Assembly: GCA_965215885.1 (NCBI GenBank)
Contig: CBDCEW010000090.1
Span: forward strand, 1-64,000
Length of the DNA stretch: 64,000 bases
Reading direction: 5' to 3'
Source of the DNA: Candidatus Moanibacter sp.
GTDB lineage: Bacteria > Verrucomicrobiota > Verrucomicrobiia > Opitutales > UBA2987
Under the pieces are notes generated by a model. The model saw only the letters and a program-made list of their open reading frames with translations, ran no database searches and was not told the DNA's origin. The position numbers and the translations under genes are program-made. This document shows, one piece after another, positions 19,446 through 30,258 of this stretch (position 1 is the first letter of the stretch; every line of letters starts with the position of its first letter).

Positions 19446-19514
19446 ATGAGGACGCCGATACGTTTCGCGATCGTGGGAACGGGAAACATGGCGCGCGTCC
19501 ACGCAATGGCATGA
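19446..19514 (+). pseudogene. 22-codon stub of a Gfo/Idh/MocA gene
   Basis: MRTPIRFAIVGTGNMARVHAMA, near-identical to the start of 21278-22378. Confidence 0.7.
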
Positions 19515-20836
19515 TTCAGTCTGAAAGACCCAATGTCCTTTTCGTTCTTGTTGACCAGTTGAGCGCGTGCTGGACTGGCTGCTACGGCAACCAGGATGTT
19601 GCGACTCCTCATCTCGACGCCTTCGCAGAGACAGCGACTCGTTTTGAACGGGCCTATACGGCTTCTCCTGTCTGCACGCCTTATCGGGGCACATTGTTTA
19701 CTGGACGCTATCCCACGCAGACAGGAATCACGGACAACCAGCGTCGAATACCCAATTGCGAGACAACTCTTGCTGATCTGTTCAATCGAGGCGGTTACCA
19801 CACCTGTCTGGTGGGTAAGTGGCATCTGGCGGGGGCGCCGGGGGGAAGCCGGTGGGTGTCGCCGGAAGACCGTGGCGGATTTCAGGACTTCGTCGGCTGG
19901 GAGTCCTGGCACTGGCAGCACTGGAACAACACGATTTTCGATGGCGAATCACAGGAACCCGTCGTCATGCCTGGACACGACACCGACGGTATCACCAATT
20001 TCGCGGTCGAACGGTTGCAACGTTATGCCCGGGCCGAGAGGGCCTTCTGCATGTTTGTATCCCACCAAGCCCCGCACGCCGCGTGCAAAGCGCCCGAAAG
20101 GTATCGGCAGATGTATCGAGGCAGGGAATTCCGCTGGCGGGAGAACAGCCGACCGGAGACCAGGTTCACGCAATATCAATGTGATTGCCAGGGACAGGAA
20201 TTCCTCGAAGAGTACCTCTCCGAAGTGACCCATCTCGATGACGCGTTTAAGCGATTGCTGGACGATTTGGAAAAATTCGGCCTGACCGAAAACACCATTG
20301 TCATATTCACCTCCGACCATGGCGAGATGGCCTCCAGCCACGGCCTTTATGAAAAGAGAGTCATGTATGACGAGTCTGTGCGCGTCCCCCTTCTTGTGCA
20401 TCTGCCCGGGCAACGTGACGGCCAGGTGTCGCCTGCGCCGGTCTCATCTGTGGATTTTCTTCCGACGCTGCTTGAACTCTGCGGGCTCGAACCCGGGACG
20501 ACGGCTGAGGGCGTGAGCTTCGCGGCCCAATTGAAGGATGCGGATGTTCCGCCTCTGCGTGAATCGGTCTTTTCGCAATTGCGTGATAGAGCAGCGATCC
20601 TCGAAGGCCCATACACACTGGAGCTCAGTCCTGATGGAAATGAAGTTTGCCAGCTGCTGGACATAGAAGCAGACCCTTGGCAACTGCAGGACTTTAAAGA
20701 GAACGACGATTACCGCGTTATCAGGGATGACATGAAGGCACGGTTCCAGGAATGGCTTGACGACATCCAGACGCGCATCGGGCAGCCGGAGCTTGCCGCG
20801 CGACCACGAGGTGGCCCTTCTGATGAGGCCACCTGA
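19511..20836 (+). CDS. sulfatase family hydrolase
   Basis: PNVLFVLVDQL, CTPYRGTLFTG, GKWH and FTSDHG motifs. Confidence 0.9.
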   Translation: MIQSERPNVLFVLVDQLSACWTGCYGNQDVATPHLDAFAETATRFERAYTASPVCTPYRGTLFTGRYPTQTGITDNQRRIPNCETTLADLFNRGGYHTCLVGKWHLAGAPGGSRWVSPEDRGGFQDFVGWESWHWQHWNNTIFDGESQEPVVMPGHDTDGITNFAVERLQRYARAERAFCMFVSHQAPHAACKAPERYRQMYRGREFRWRENSRPETRFTQYQCDCQGQEFLEEYLSEVTHLDDAFKRLLDDLEKFGLTENTIVIFTSDHGEMASSHGLYEKRVMYDESVRVPLLVHLPGQRDGQVSPAPVSSVDFLPTLLELCGLEPGTTAEGVSFAAQLKDADVPPLRESVFSQLRDRAAILEGPYTLELSPDGNEVCQLLDIEADPWQLQDFKENDDYRVIRDDMKARFQEWLDDIQTRIGQPELAARPRGGPSDEAT

Positions 20837-21277
20837 CCACCTGTATCCGAACACTTTTGGACGTGTCATTCTTCGTCCGGCGCATCCGCGACGCTCAACG
20901 AAGCCCGCCAGCTGTGCCCACATCGCCACCGGCACGGGTATGGAGTCAGCTCGAGCACCCGCTAGCGTTGTAGGACCGCCCTTGGGCGGGATCTCGCTGG
21001 ATCGGTCTGCCAGCTTGGGTCATCTCGCGCCCTTCGACCCGTCTTCGCTACGCTACGCCGAGGCAGGCAGAGATTCAGGGTCCCACATGCTGACGGTTGT
21101 TGATGTCGCCAGGGAGAAAAGTGCGATTCGCCCGCGAATCACGCGAAAAAGCGCGAAAGGGAGGCGAAGAGTGTCCATGATTGCTAAAATAGATGGCTTT
21201 TTTGTAAAAGTTAATTCTCTTTTGTGGCGGTGAAAAGGCGTGGATAAAAGCAGATTCTAGCCCCCATTTTAAATAAT

Positions 21278-22378
21278 ATGGAGACACCAATTCGTTTCGG
21301 GATCGTGGGAACGGGAAACATCGCGCGCGTCCACGCGATGGCGTTAAAGGAGTTGCCGTATGTAGAATTACGCTGTGCCTGTGATATGGTTCCAGGGCGC
21401 GCAGGTGAGTTTGCGGATGAATATGGATTTATTCAACATGCCGAAAACATCGATGACTTCATCAAATCCAGGATAAGCGTCGCCGCCGTATGCACTCCCC
21501 ATCCAAGTCATCCCGCATTAGTCGAACAGCTTGTAAGCCATGGCATACATGTCATGGTAGAGAAGCCTCTAGGGGTAGAACTCAAAAGTTCGGTCCGGGC
21601 GGTGGAGGCAGCCAGGTTGGCAAAAGTCTACCTTGGAGTGAACTTTCAGCGGCGCTACTGGCCGGCTGCACAACGCCTGCGCGAAGCCGTAGACAAAGGC
21701 CGCCTGGGCAAGGTCGTCCAGGGTGAATGCATCGTCCATTTTTCTCGCACTCTTGGGTACTTTTCAAAGGAGCGTTCGCCGTGGCGCGGCCGGTGGGCTT
21801 CCGAAGGGGGAGGCGTAACGGTGAATCAAGGTATTCATGCTTTGGACATGTTCCAGTGGTTCATGGGTCCTATCGAATGTTTGTTCGCCTGGTATGGTAA
21901 CGAGACCCATCCCGGTGTTGAGGTCGAAACGACGGTTACCGCGGCGGTGAAATTCCGGAGCGGCGCTCTGGGATCGATCAGCCTCGGACTATTGAGACTA
22001 CAGACGGAGCGCGGCTTTTCCCGGGTAGTCGTTTACGGGGATAGTGGCGCATGGGCCAGCCTCCATGAGGAGCCCGAGGGCGCCTATGGTCTGAACCGCG
22101 AATGGGAGATTCCGGGAGAGCAGGATGCCGCGCGCGCCACCTATGAAGCGGAACGCGCTGATGATCGTCGAATCTACCGCATCGTCGAGGAAGGCCGGAA
22201 ACCTCCGATTTACTACCCGGACTGTCAACGGGCCCATTATGAGGATTTCCTTAACCGGATCCGAAACAATGCGGAGCCGCTCGTCAATGGTGTTGAGGGA
22301 CTGAAAACGGTTGAGATTATTGAAGCCATCTATCGTTCAGCGCGCAACAGACAACCGATCGATTTTCCACTGAATTAG
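21278..22378 (+). CDS. Gfo/Idh/MocA oxidoreductase
   Basis: GIVGTGNIA, VEKP and GGG..NQGIHALD motifs. Confidence 0.92.
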   Translation: METPIRFGIVGTGNIARVHAMALKELPYVELRCACDMVPGRAGEFADEYGFIQHAENIDDFIKSRISVAAVCTPHPSHPALVEQLVSHGIHVMVEKPLGVELKSSVRAVEAARLAKVYLGVNFQRRYWPAAQRLREAVDKGRLGKVVQGECIVHFSRTLGYFSKERSPWRGRWASEGGGVTVNQGIHALDMFQWFMGPIECLFAWYGNETHPGVEVETTVTAAVKFRSGALGSISLGLLRLQTERGFSRVVVYGDSGAWASLHEEPEGAYGLNREWEIPGEQDAARATYEAERADDRRIYRIVEEGRKPPIYYPDCQRAHYEDFLNRIRNNAEPLVNGVEGLKTVEIIEAIYRSARNRQPIDFPLN

Positions 22379-22428
22379 TCCGCTTATTTAGGATGTCGCT
22401 TTGTTCGGTAAACAAAATAAGCGGACTA
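22376..22428 (+). terminator. hairpin after the oxidoreductase, possible terminator
   Basis: 14-bp IR tagtccgcttattt / aaataagcggacta. Confidence 0.45.
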
Positions 22429-22432
22429 GAAA

Positions 22433-24015
22433 GACCCCATTCGAAAAGCCTTTGAGCGGACGGTTTCAGGTTTTCCGCCACAGGCGGAAGCCTATGGCTG
22501 GCAGGCGTCGGGTTTCAGACGCGCAAGCAGAGCGGCCAACAATACGATGCCGCTGTTTGGAGGCATACTCATTTTCCGAGCTGCAAAGCGGTGATTCAGG
22601 CCGCCTGTTCCAGTCGTCGCAGTATGATAGTTTAGGCCAGAACCTTCTGTTCATCGCTTCGATGCCGCGGCGGCCGAGTTCGCCAAAGGCAAATCCATCT
22701 TTAAACATCAACTCCATGCGGAGCGAGCCTCGCGATACTCAACTTCTTGCCCTTCGCCCCACTGATACTGCGAAACCTCCTTGCGCCTCTTCGCCGATTT
22801 GTAATTTGCGGTGCTTATTTGAGAAATTGAACGATTTACCGTTTTCGCTGCGATACTTATTCTTCTTACAGTTTGACGGTAGCTTCTTTTCGTGAAACAC
22901 CCGTCATGAGCATACTCAACAACCCGCTTGGCGTCGGCAATTTCGCGCCTGATCTGGCTCAATACCCGCCAGAAGCTCCCGGCGAGTGGGAGGCAGTGAA
23001 TCCATCGACAGGCCCTCTTCAAGATGGCTCAGTTCCCCCGTTAGTGAGTCGGCCGCCTTGCGGCCCCGCTTGAGCAACCGCCGGTAGTGTTTCTTCAGCT
23101 TGCCCTTCGACTTCGGTTTGCCCGCGGCCAGACAAATCTGAAACTCCAGCTTGTCCATTTCCTCCAGCCAACGCCCAACCCATCCCTTGCGAAAATCCTC
23201 CAGCCCGAAGACATGCAACTTCTGACCCAAACGATTGGCCCGCATCAAAAGACCGCTCAGAATCTTCCCATCGGTGGGCCAGCAGCTGTTTGCTTTCACC
23301 GAGGTGCTGTCGATCGTCAGCTTCCCGAAATCGTCCCATTGCTCCTGGAGGATAAACCCAATCTGTTTATCAAAGATCAACTCGCGGGTCCTATGGCTGA
23401 CCAGGTTCACGTTCTCCAGAATCGTCGTCACCGCCGGCATTCTCAGTCCCCCGCTCTGCAAAAATCCGTACAAGCGCATCGACTCGCGCAGAAACCGCCG
23501 TGCCGGTTTCGTGGTCAACTGAACCCAGAAACCCTCGAAGCATCACGAACACGTATACCGCATAAGCCGGCATCCGCGGCCGGCCTGCCCCAAGATTCAA
23601 TTCAGCAGCCAGAATATTCTCCTCCTCGATGTCCAGCTCCGGCAGCTCCGCTGTGCGCCCTTCAAAGAACCTGCGATCTTCCAATCGAAGTTTCTTCTTC
23701 TCACGCGCATGGGCGTCCAGATCCTTCTCGATCGCCTCGATGATTTGCGCCGCGAACCCGGTCAATTCTTCAACTTGGAAAATCACGGAAATCCGTGTCT
23801 GGAACCGGCAGAATGAGGTTGCTAAGGGGCGTCTTGTCGCTTTTGTTCTCCTCTGTCGCACATGTTGGCATGTTTAACTCCTTTCTTAATCTTAAGTTGT
23901 TAAACACTAGTATGTTACGACACTTTTGATCAAGCCGAAAAACTGATTTTTCTCAAGTTTTTCTTGCGCTTTTTGCGCCTCTTTGCGGCAAATCAGTAGC
24001 TTTTCGGATAAGGTC
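22433..24015 (-). mobile_element. degenerate or chimeric copy of the 1,917-bp IS
   Basis: Ends gaccccattcgaaaagc / gcttttcggataaggtc; TSD tagaaa on both sides; many deletions and frameshifts. Confidence 0.85.
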
Positions 24016-24228
24016 TAGAAAGCGAAACCGATTTGTAATTTGCTGCTATTTGAGAAATTGAACGGATACTTATTCTTCTTACAGTTTGACATCTAACAGT
24101 CTGTCGAGATGAATTTCCGTGAATCCATCCTGGCGCAAGCTCAATTATTTGATGATCAGGAAATTACAAATCGGTTTCGCTCTTAATCCGAAAATCAATG
24201 GGATTTTCGTATTAGATCCTGTTCGAAA

Positions 24229-25338
24229 GTGGCGATGAAGATCCGAGATATAACGACACATGTTCTCTGCGGAAAATACGTATTCGTGCGTGTTTGGGGT
24301 GACGATGGAACCTTCGGCATCGGCGAGTGCAGTCCCATGGCCACTAAGGCGACGGTTGGCCTGGTGGATTTCTTGAAGCCTTTAATTATCGGTCGAAACG
24401 CGTTCGACATTGGACCCTTGTGGTTCAGGATGTTTACAGGCGGCTATAAGAACGGTCAGGGGCTGCTTCAATTTGCTATCAGTGGAATCGATATTGCCCT
24501 TCATGATCTCAAGGGAAAGGCGCTCCAGGTGCCGGTCTATGAACTGCTCGGCGGCGCATACCGAAAAGAATTCGAAGTTTTCAACAGCCTGTGGCGCTGG
24601 GATCTGCCGCCAGAGAAGGAGGTGGACCGCTTTGTCCAGGCTGTCGGCCAAGGCTATTCCGCGGTTAAAATGCATCTCGACCGCCGGTGGGGATTCGATG
24701 CACGCCCCGACGAAACGGTAGAGATTGTCCGAATGATCCGCAAGGAAGTTGGCGATCAGATTGGAATTCTCATCGATGTCAACAACGCTTACAGCTTACC
24801 GACGGCATTGCGCGTCGGCCGCGCGCTAGAAGCCTTGGGTGTGAGCCATTTTGAGGAGCCTCTTGCGGCGTATGATTATCAAGGCTATGCGCAGCTACAG
24901 GCAGCTCTCGACATGCCTATCGCAGCCGGTGAGCAGGAATATACCCGATGGCAGTACATGAACCTTATTTCTGAAGCGAAAGTCGACATCCTGCAGCCCG
25001 ATGTCATCAAGACAGGGGGATTTACTGAGAGCGTTAAGATCGGCGATCTCGCCCAGCAGTATGGCAAGCCGATCGTAACCCACAATGCGTATCCGACGGT
25101 CAATACGGTGGCGCAAATGCACTATTGGGCCGCCACGCAGGCCTGTTACCCGCGGCAGGAATATGTCACCGAACCTCATCCATTGCGCGACGAATACCCG
25201 CTCTTTCCTAATTTGCCGATTCCGGAAAAAGGACGAATAAAGCTGGGCGAAGGACCGGGCCTGGGCTTGGAATTGGATGAGAAGATGCTTAAGCGATGTG
25301 AAGAGATCACCTCGGATACGCCGATCCTGCATCATTAG
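24229..25338 (+). CDS. mandelate racemase/muconate lactonizing enzyme family protein
   Basis: ISGIDIALHDLKGK, DVN, EEP, AGE, QPD and GPGLG motifs. Confidence 0.92.
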   Translation: MAMKIRDITTHVLCGKYVFVRVWGDDGTFGIGECSPMATKATVGLVDFLKPLIIGRNAFDIGPLWFRMFTGGYKNGQGLLQFAISGIDIALHDLKGKALQVPVYELLGGAYRKEFEVFNSLWRWDLPPEKEVDRFVQAVGQGYSAVKMHLDRRWGFDARPDETVEIVRMIRKEVGDQIGILIDVNNAYSLPTALRVGRALEALGVSHFEEPLAAYDYQGYAQLQAALDMPIAAGEQEYTRWQYMNLISEAKVDILQPDVIKTGGFTESVKIGDLAQQYGKPIVTHNAYPTVNTVAQMHYWAATQACYPRQEYVTEPHPLRDEYPLFPNLPIPEKGRIKLGEGPGLGLELDEKMLKRCEEITSDTPILHH

Positions 25339-25526
25339 CCCGAAAATCTGTGAGATTTAACCTATCTGTTTTGCGGTGGCGGAAATCCCCCCGGGCTCGC
25401 GTCGCCTCGGCAAAGCGCAGCGACCACGGGTCGAACGGCATGCACATTGAATTATCAGATTAGTACGGCTCCCGGCGCGTTCCTTGCCGGATCGATCAGG
25501 GATGAAATTTGCCGCAGTAGTAGGAC

Positions 25527-25590
25527 GAAAAGCTCCCGCTTTCCGCTACACACTTCGATTAGGAACGTAGCGGAAAGCGGAAGCTTTTCG
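25527..25590. repeat. REP-like inverted pair
   Basis: gaaaagctcccgctttccgctac / gtagcggaaagcggaagcttttc. Confidence 0.6.
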
Positions 25591-25994
25591 ATCCTCGCGA
25601 GTTTTCGAGAACGAGGATCCCTCTGAGCGGGAAGGACGATAACGAAATCTGCAATTTCCGCTTTCGAAAGGACTGAAAATCATCGCCCGGAAACCCGCTC
25701 TGCCGTACGGCAGAGAAGTTTCAAGTCGGCTTTCGCTCTTTATTGAAGAGTTCTCTTATCGACCGTTGGTGGGGGCCGGATATTGCGATTTCGTCGATAT
25801 TCCGGACCCAGAGACGATTGATTACCCGGTGAACAGTCTTTTTTGAGAGGAACCGAGGAAATATCTCCAAGGCGCCTTTCTGGACAGCGGTGCGGAACCG
25901 GAAAACGGTAGTCAGCTGGCAGGGAAAGACAGGTCACGCCGTAGTGTTGACGAAGGCGGATCTGCAATCGAAGATCGCGGAACGGCAATAGTTA

Positions 25995-27911
25995 GACCCC
26001 ATTCGAAAAGCCTTTCGAGCGGGCGGTTTAAGGTTCTCCGCCACGGGCGGACCAGCCTATGGCTGGCAGGTTTCGGGTTTTAGGCTGCCGGCGCTGCCGA
26101 TGAGCAGGTATTGAGCGGCCATCGGCGTGGCTTGCTGCACAATACGTATATTTGCCGCTGTCTGGAGGCATACTCATCCCGTGGTGCTTTTTTCTCTGAG
26201 CTTCAAAGCGGTCAGATTCAGGCTGCCTGTTCCAGTTCCTCCCCTCGGCGTTTCTTCATCAGTATGATGCGGCAGAAGTTGTAGGCCAGAACCTTCTCGA
26301 GCAGTTCATCGCCTACCGCATCGATGCCGCGGCGGCCGAGTTCGCCAAAGGCAAATCCATCTTTAATCGTGAACATCAGCGACTCCACTGCGGAGCGATC
26401 GCGGCGTGCCTCGCGATACGCCTCGCTCTCCCAGTCCTCGGGGGTGGTCAACTTCTTGCCCTTCGCCCCACTGATACTGATCTGCTTTACCCCCATGCTC
26501 AGCACCTCCTTGCGTCCCTTCGCCGAAGCATATCCGTCATCGGTGCTGACCAGTTCAGCAATGACACCGGTGCGCTTGATCGAATCGCCGATGGCCGGCG
26601 CCAGCTCAATGGAGTCTGCCGCGTTGCCTTGCGGTACGATCAGGCTGGTGACAAAACCGTTTTCGCTGCGAACCAGTTGTGGCTTGTACCCGATCACTGG
26701 ATTGCGGCTGCCCTTCTTGATGTAGGCCGCCGATCCGTCCGAGAGGCTCAGGACCTTCTGTGTGGACGGTAGCTTCTTTTCGTGAAACACCCGATCATGA
26801 GCATACTCAACAACCCGCTTGGCGTCGGCAATATCACCCCTGATCTGGCTCAATGCCCGCTCCAGAAGCTCCCGGCGAGTGGGAGGCAGTGAATCCATCG
26901 ACAGGCCCTCTTCAAGATGGCTCAGTTCCCCCGTTAGTGAGTCGGCCGCCTTGCGGCCCCGCTTGAGCAACCGCCGGTAGTGTTTCTTCAGCTTGCCCTT
27001 CGACTTCGGTTTGCCCGCGGCCAGACAAATCTGAAACTCCAGCTTGTCCATTTCCTCCAGCCAACGCCCAACCCATCCCTTGCGAAAATCCTCCAGCCCG
27101 AAGACATGCAACTTCTGACCCAAACGATTGGCCCGCATCAAAAGACCGCTCAGAATCTTCCCATCGGTGGGCCAGCAGCTGTTTGCTTTCACCGAGGTGC
27201 TGTCGATCGTCAGCTTCCCGAAATCGTCCCATTGCTCCTGGAGGATAAACCCAATCTGTTTATCAAAGATCAACTCGCGGGTCGTATGGCTGACCAGGTT
27301 CACGTTCTCCAGAATCGTCGTCACCGCCGGCATTCTCAGTCCCCCGCTCTGCAAAAATCCGTACAAGCTCATCGACTCGCGCACAAACCGCCGTGCCGGT
27401 TTCGTGGTCAACGAACCCAGAAACCCTCGAATCATCACGAACACGTATACCGCATAAGCCGGCATCCGCGGCCGGCCTGCCCCAAGATTCAATTCAGCAG
27501 CCAGAATATTCTCCTCCTCGATGTCCAGCTCCGGCAGCTCCGCTGTGCGCCCTTCAAAGAACCTTCGATCTTCCAATCGAAGTTTCTTCTTCTCACGCGC
27601 ATGGGCGTCCAGATCCTTCTCGATCGCCTCGATGATTTGCGCCGCGAACCCGGCCAATTCTTCAACTTCATCCAGAAAATCACGGAAATCCGTGTCTGGA
27701 ACCGGCAGAATGAGGTTGCTAAGGGGCGTCTTATCGCTTTTGTTCTCCTCTGTCGCACATGTTGGCATGTTTAACTCCTTTCTTAATCTTAGGTTGTTAA
27801 ACACTAGCATGTTGCGACACTTTTTATCAAGCCAAAAAATGATTTTTCTCAAGTTTTTCTTGCGCCTTTTGCGCCTCTTTGCGGCCAATCAGTAGCTTTT
27901 CGGATAAGGTC
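25995..27911 (-). mobile_element. IS (ISNCY/IS5-like), 1,917 bp, copy A
   Basis: Imperfect 17-bp IRs; near-identical to 36574-38490 and 38497-40413. Confidence 0.93.
26218..27768 (-). CDS. DDE transposase, 516 aa
   Basis: IDSTSVKANSCWPTD, STDDGY and RSAVESLMFTIK motifs; RBS aaggag before MPTC. Confidence 0.9.
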   Translation of the reverse strand: MPTCATEENKSDKTPLSNLILPVPDTDFRDFLDEVEELAGFAAQIIEAIEKDLDAHAREKKKLRLEDRRFFEGRTAELPELDIEEENILAAELNLGAGRPRMPAYAVYVFVMIRGFLGSLTTKPARRFVRESMSLYGFLQSGGLRMPAVTTILENVNLVSHTTRELIFDKQIGFILQEQWDDFGKLTIDSTSVKANSCWPTDGKILSGLLMRANRLGQKLHVFGLEDFRKGWVGRWLEEMDKLEFQICLAAGKPKSKGKLKKHYRRLLKRGRKAADSLTGELSHLEEGLSMDSLPPTRRELLERALSQIRGDIADAKRVVEYAHDRVFHEKKLPSTQKVLSLSDGSAAYIKKGSRNPVIGYKPQLVRSENGFVTSLIVPQGNAADSIELAPAIGDSIKRTGVIAELVSTDDGYASAKGRKEVLSMGVKQISISGAKGKKLTTPEDWESEAYREARRDRSAVESLMFTIKDGFAFGELGRRGIDAVGDELLEKVLAYNFCRIILMKKRRGEELEQAA

Positions 27912-27989
27912 TAACTAACTTCAATTTCTGTTCTCATATGAAAGTTGTAAGCTTCGCGCTGGTGGTATTCGTATAAAGTACCTGTCCCT

Positions 27990-28601
27990 TATAACTGCTC
28001 AACCATTGGCGAATGCTTTCCAAGGCCTTTTGGGCACTTCGTCCACGCCGGAACCCGTAGGAGCCCTCAATGAAGTCGATCTCATAGATCGGCTCCAACA
28101 GCATCACTACGGCCCGTTCCAGTACCTTGTTCTCGGTGGTGGGGATTCCGCTCCATACGCTTCGTGCCGCCATCGCTGTACGACTATCCCGCTGAGCGGG
28201 ATTCGCTTCCGGCTGCTTGCCAGGCTTTGCCGGGTGGGAGTGATTACCCACCGGATAACTTCAACTCCTTTCAATATGTTCATAGGTTCCATATTTCCCG
28301 CAGTTCCAGACGCTCCGCTCCCGCAGATCTTTCACGGCGCGACGTAAGCTTCGTCGCGAGCTTTCTCGTCAACTTTGTCGTCCTTTTCGGTCGATCCTCC
28401 GACCAAACTTACGACGTGTCGGATTGGTACGCTGAGCACCGTCAGGCGTAGGAAGGTCGCTTGCGACCGAATAGAAAGCCGGTGTCCATCGCTCGAGAGC
28501 GAGCTTCCTACCCTCACGGTAATTCTCGCGACAAAGTTTGGAGGGAGTTTCCCACCCGTAAGGGAACCTTCGTCGTAAGTCCCGCTGAGCGGGATCGTCA
28601 A
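27990..28601 (-). mobile_element. group II intron remnant (5' RNA portion plus short reverse transcriptase fragment)
   Basis: GIPTTENKVLERAVVMLLEPIYEIDFIEGSYGFRRGRSAQKAL (RT domain 2/2a); structured upstream non-coding sequence; no YADD. Confidence 0.75.
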
Positions 28602-28677
28602 CCTAGTCGCTCTGCTTTGGGTGTAGGAGCGGCTTTACGCCGCGATGGGAGGCTTTTTATAGAGATATCGGCGGTGA

Positions 28678-29814
28678 CTATTTCCCATAGGGATCGGCGG
28701 CGTCGCGTAATCCATCGCCGAGGAAATTAAAGGCGAGCACGGCGAGGATGACAAAGACGGCAGGGGTTAAAAGCCACGGCTGCAAAGCCACCGCCTGTAC
28801 GTTCTGGGCCTCCTTGAGGAGGACGCCCCAACTGGTAATGGGTGGGCGCAGCCCGAGACCGAGGAAACTCAAGGCCGTTTCGCCCAGAATCATGGCGGGT
28901 AACGTCAAGGTGAGGCTGACGATGATATGGCTGGTAAAGCCGGGCAAGAGATGCCGCACCATGATGCGCGTGTTGCTTGCACCACAAATGAGCGCGGCTG
29001 TCGCGTAGTCCTCCTCTCGCAGGGAGAGGATCTTGCCCCGTACCACCCGGGCCAATCCGGTCCAGCCAAGAAAAGAAAGCACGACGGTGATGCCGAAATA
29101 GACTTGAAGGGGCGACCAGGTGGCGGGAAGAGCGGCGGAGAGAGCCATCCACAAGGGAATGGAAGGAAATGAGCGCAGGATTTCGATAAATCGCTGTATT
29201 GAATGGTCAACCCAACCGCCGTAATACCCCGAGACGGCGCCAAAAAGAAGGCCGAAAAAGAAGCTCATCGCCACGCCTACGAGGCCAACCGTCAGGGAGA
29301 TACGCGCCCCGTAGATGATTCGGCTGAACAGGTCGCGGCCCAGTGAATCGGCACCCAGCAGGAACACAGTAGCGCCCGGCTCCACTCCGAATAGATGCAG
29401 ATCCGTATCGAAAGTGCCCCAGAACCGGTAGGTTTCGCCTCGAACAAATAATCTCAATGGGTAGGTGCGGCTGCGATCCTCCACGTAAATCCGCTGCAGG
29501 GTCTCCGGATGGCGCGCACCCTTCAAAGCATAGACGAAGGGCCACAGGTGCAGACCCTGGTCGCTGACTAGATGCAGGCGTTGGGGCGGGGCGTAAATGT
29601 AGGGAATATTCCTGGAATCGAGCGTGTAGGGAGCCAGGAACTCACAAAATAGCGCTACCAGGTAGAGAGCGAGCACGACCATGCCGGACCATACCGCCAG
29701 GCGATGTTTGCGGAATCTCAGGGACACTAACTGCCACTGGGAAAGGGAGCCGAGTTCCTCGGCGTCAGGGGCTGCCTTCGGCAGCGTCACTGGATTCGCT
29801 TCGCTAATCGTCAC
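28678..29814 (-). CDS. peptide/nickel ABC transporter permease (OppC/DppC type)
   Basis: LLGADSLGRDLFSR, ETALSFLGLG and GDGLRDAADP motifs. Confidence 0.93.
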   Translation of the reverse strand: MTISEANPVTLPKAAPDAEELGSLSQWQLVSLRFRKHRLAVWSGMVVLALYLVALFCEFLAPYTLDSRNIPYIYAPPQRLHLVSDQGLHLWPFVYALKGARHPETLQRIYVEDRSRTYPLRLFVRGETYRFWGTFDTDLHLFGVEPGATVFLLGADSLGRDLFSRIIYGARISLTVGLVGVAMSFFFGLLFGAVSGYYGGWVDHSIQRFIEILRSFPSIPLWMALSAALPATWSPLQVYFGITVVLSFLGWTGLARVVRGKILSLREEDYATAALICGASNTRIMVRHLLPGFTSHIIVSLTLTLPAMILGETALSFLGLGLRPPITSWGVLLKEAQNVQAVALQPWLLTPAVFVILAVLAFNFLGDGLRDAADPYGK

Positions 29815-29852
29815 TGGCTCACTTCGTTCGCGTCAGTTGTCATTGGTCATTG
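29764..29852 (-). repeat. TGAC-anchored repeat array, downstream flank of the four-helix-bundle gene
   Basis: GTCA on + at 29764, 29786, 29810, 29832, 29839 and 29846. Confidence 0.7.
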
Positions 29853-30202
29853 GTGGGGCCGATGGATCGGATGTAGCGGTTGAGTTTGATGATAAACCTA
29901 TTGAGGTCCTTTTTGAGATCGTTGAACTCCAGCTCGGAAATCAGATTTCGATTCTTCGCCTTCGTAATCCATGTAATGGTTTCGAAAGCCGAGCCGCGGC
30001 TGTAATAGCAGAACTGTCGGTTCTCTTTGTAATGGTAACGTCCGTACCCCTCGCTGATATTGGCAGCAATGGAATCTGAAGCCTTTATGAGTTGCTTGCC
30101 AACTGCGTCTTTCTCGAAGTAATTCCAATTCTGAACGATTGACCACGCCTGATCGCCGATCTCCATTCCCATCTGATAAACCTCTAACTCCTCAAGTTTC
30201 AT
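29840..30202 (-). CDS. four-helix-bundle protein (23S rRNA intervening-sequence protein family)
   Basis: LEELEVYQ...QLIKASDSIAANISEGYGR...RGSAFET. Confidence 0.9.
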   Translation of the reverse strand: MKLEELEVYQMGMEIGDQAWSIVQNWNYFEKDAVGKQLIKASDSIAANISEGYGRYHYKENRQFCYYSRGSAFETITWITKAKNRNLISELEFNDLKKDLNRFIIKLNRYIRSIGPTNDQ

Positions 30203-30258
30203 TTTACGCACCCTTCAATTTCTATTTCTTCATTTAGTAGCAGCGGGTTAGCACCAAT

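Noticed and set aside
27990..30202. RT fragment plus Avd-like four-helix bundle as a diversity-generating retroelement
   Set aside because: The RT piece is group II intron-type and tiny, a permease separates the two, and no adenine-variable TR/VR pair was seen.
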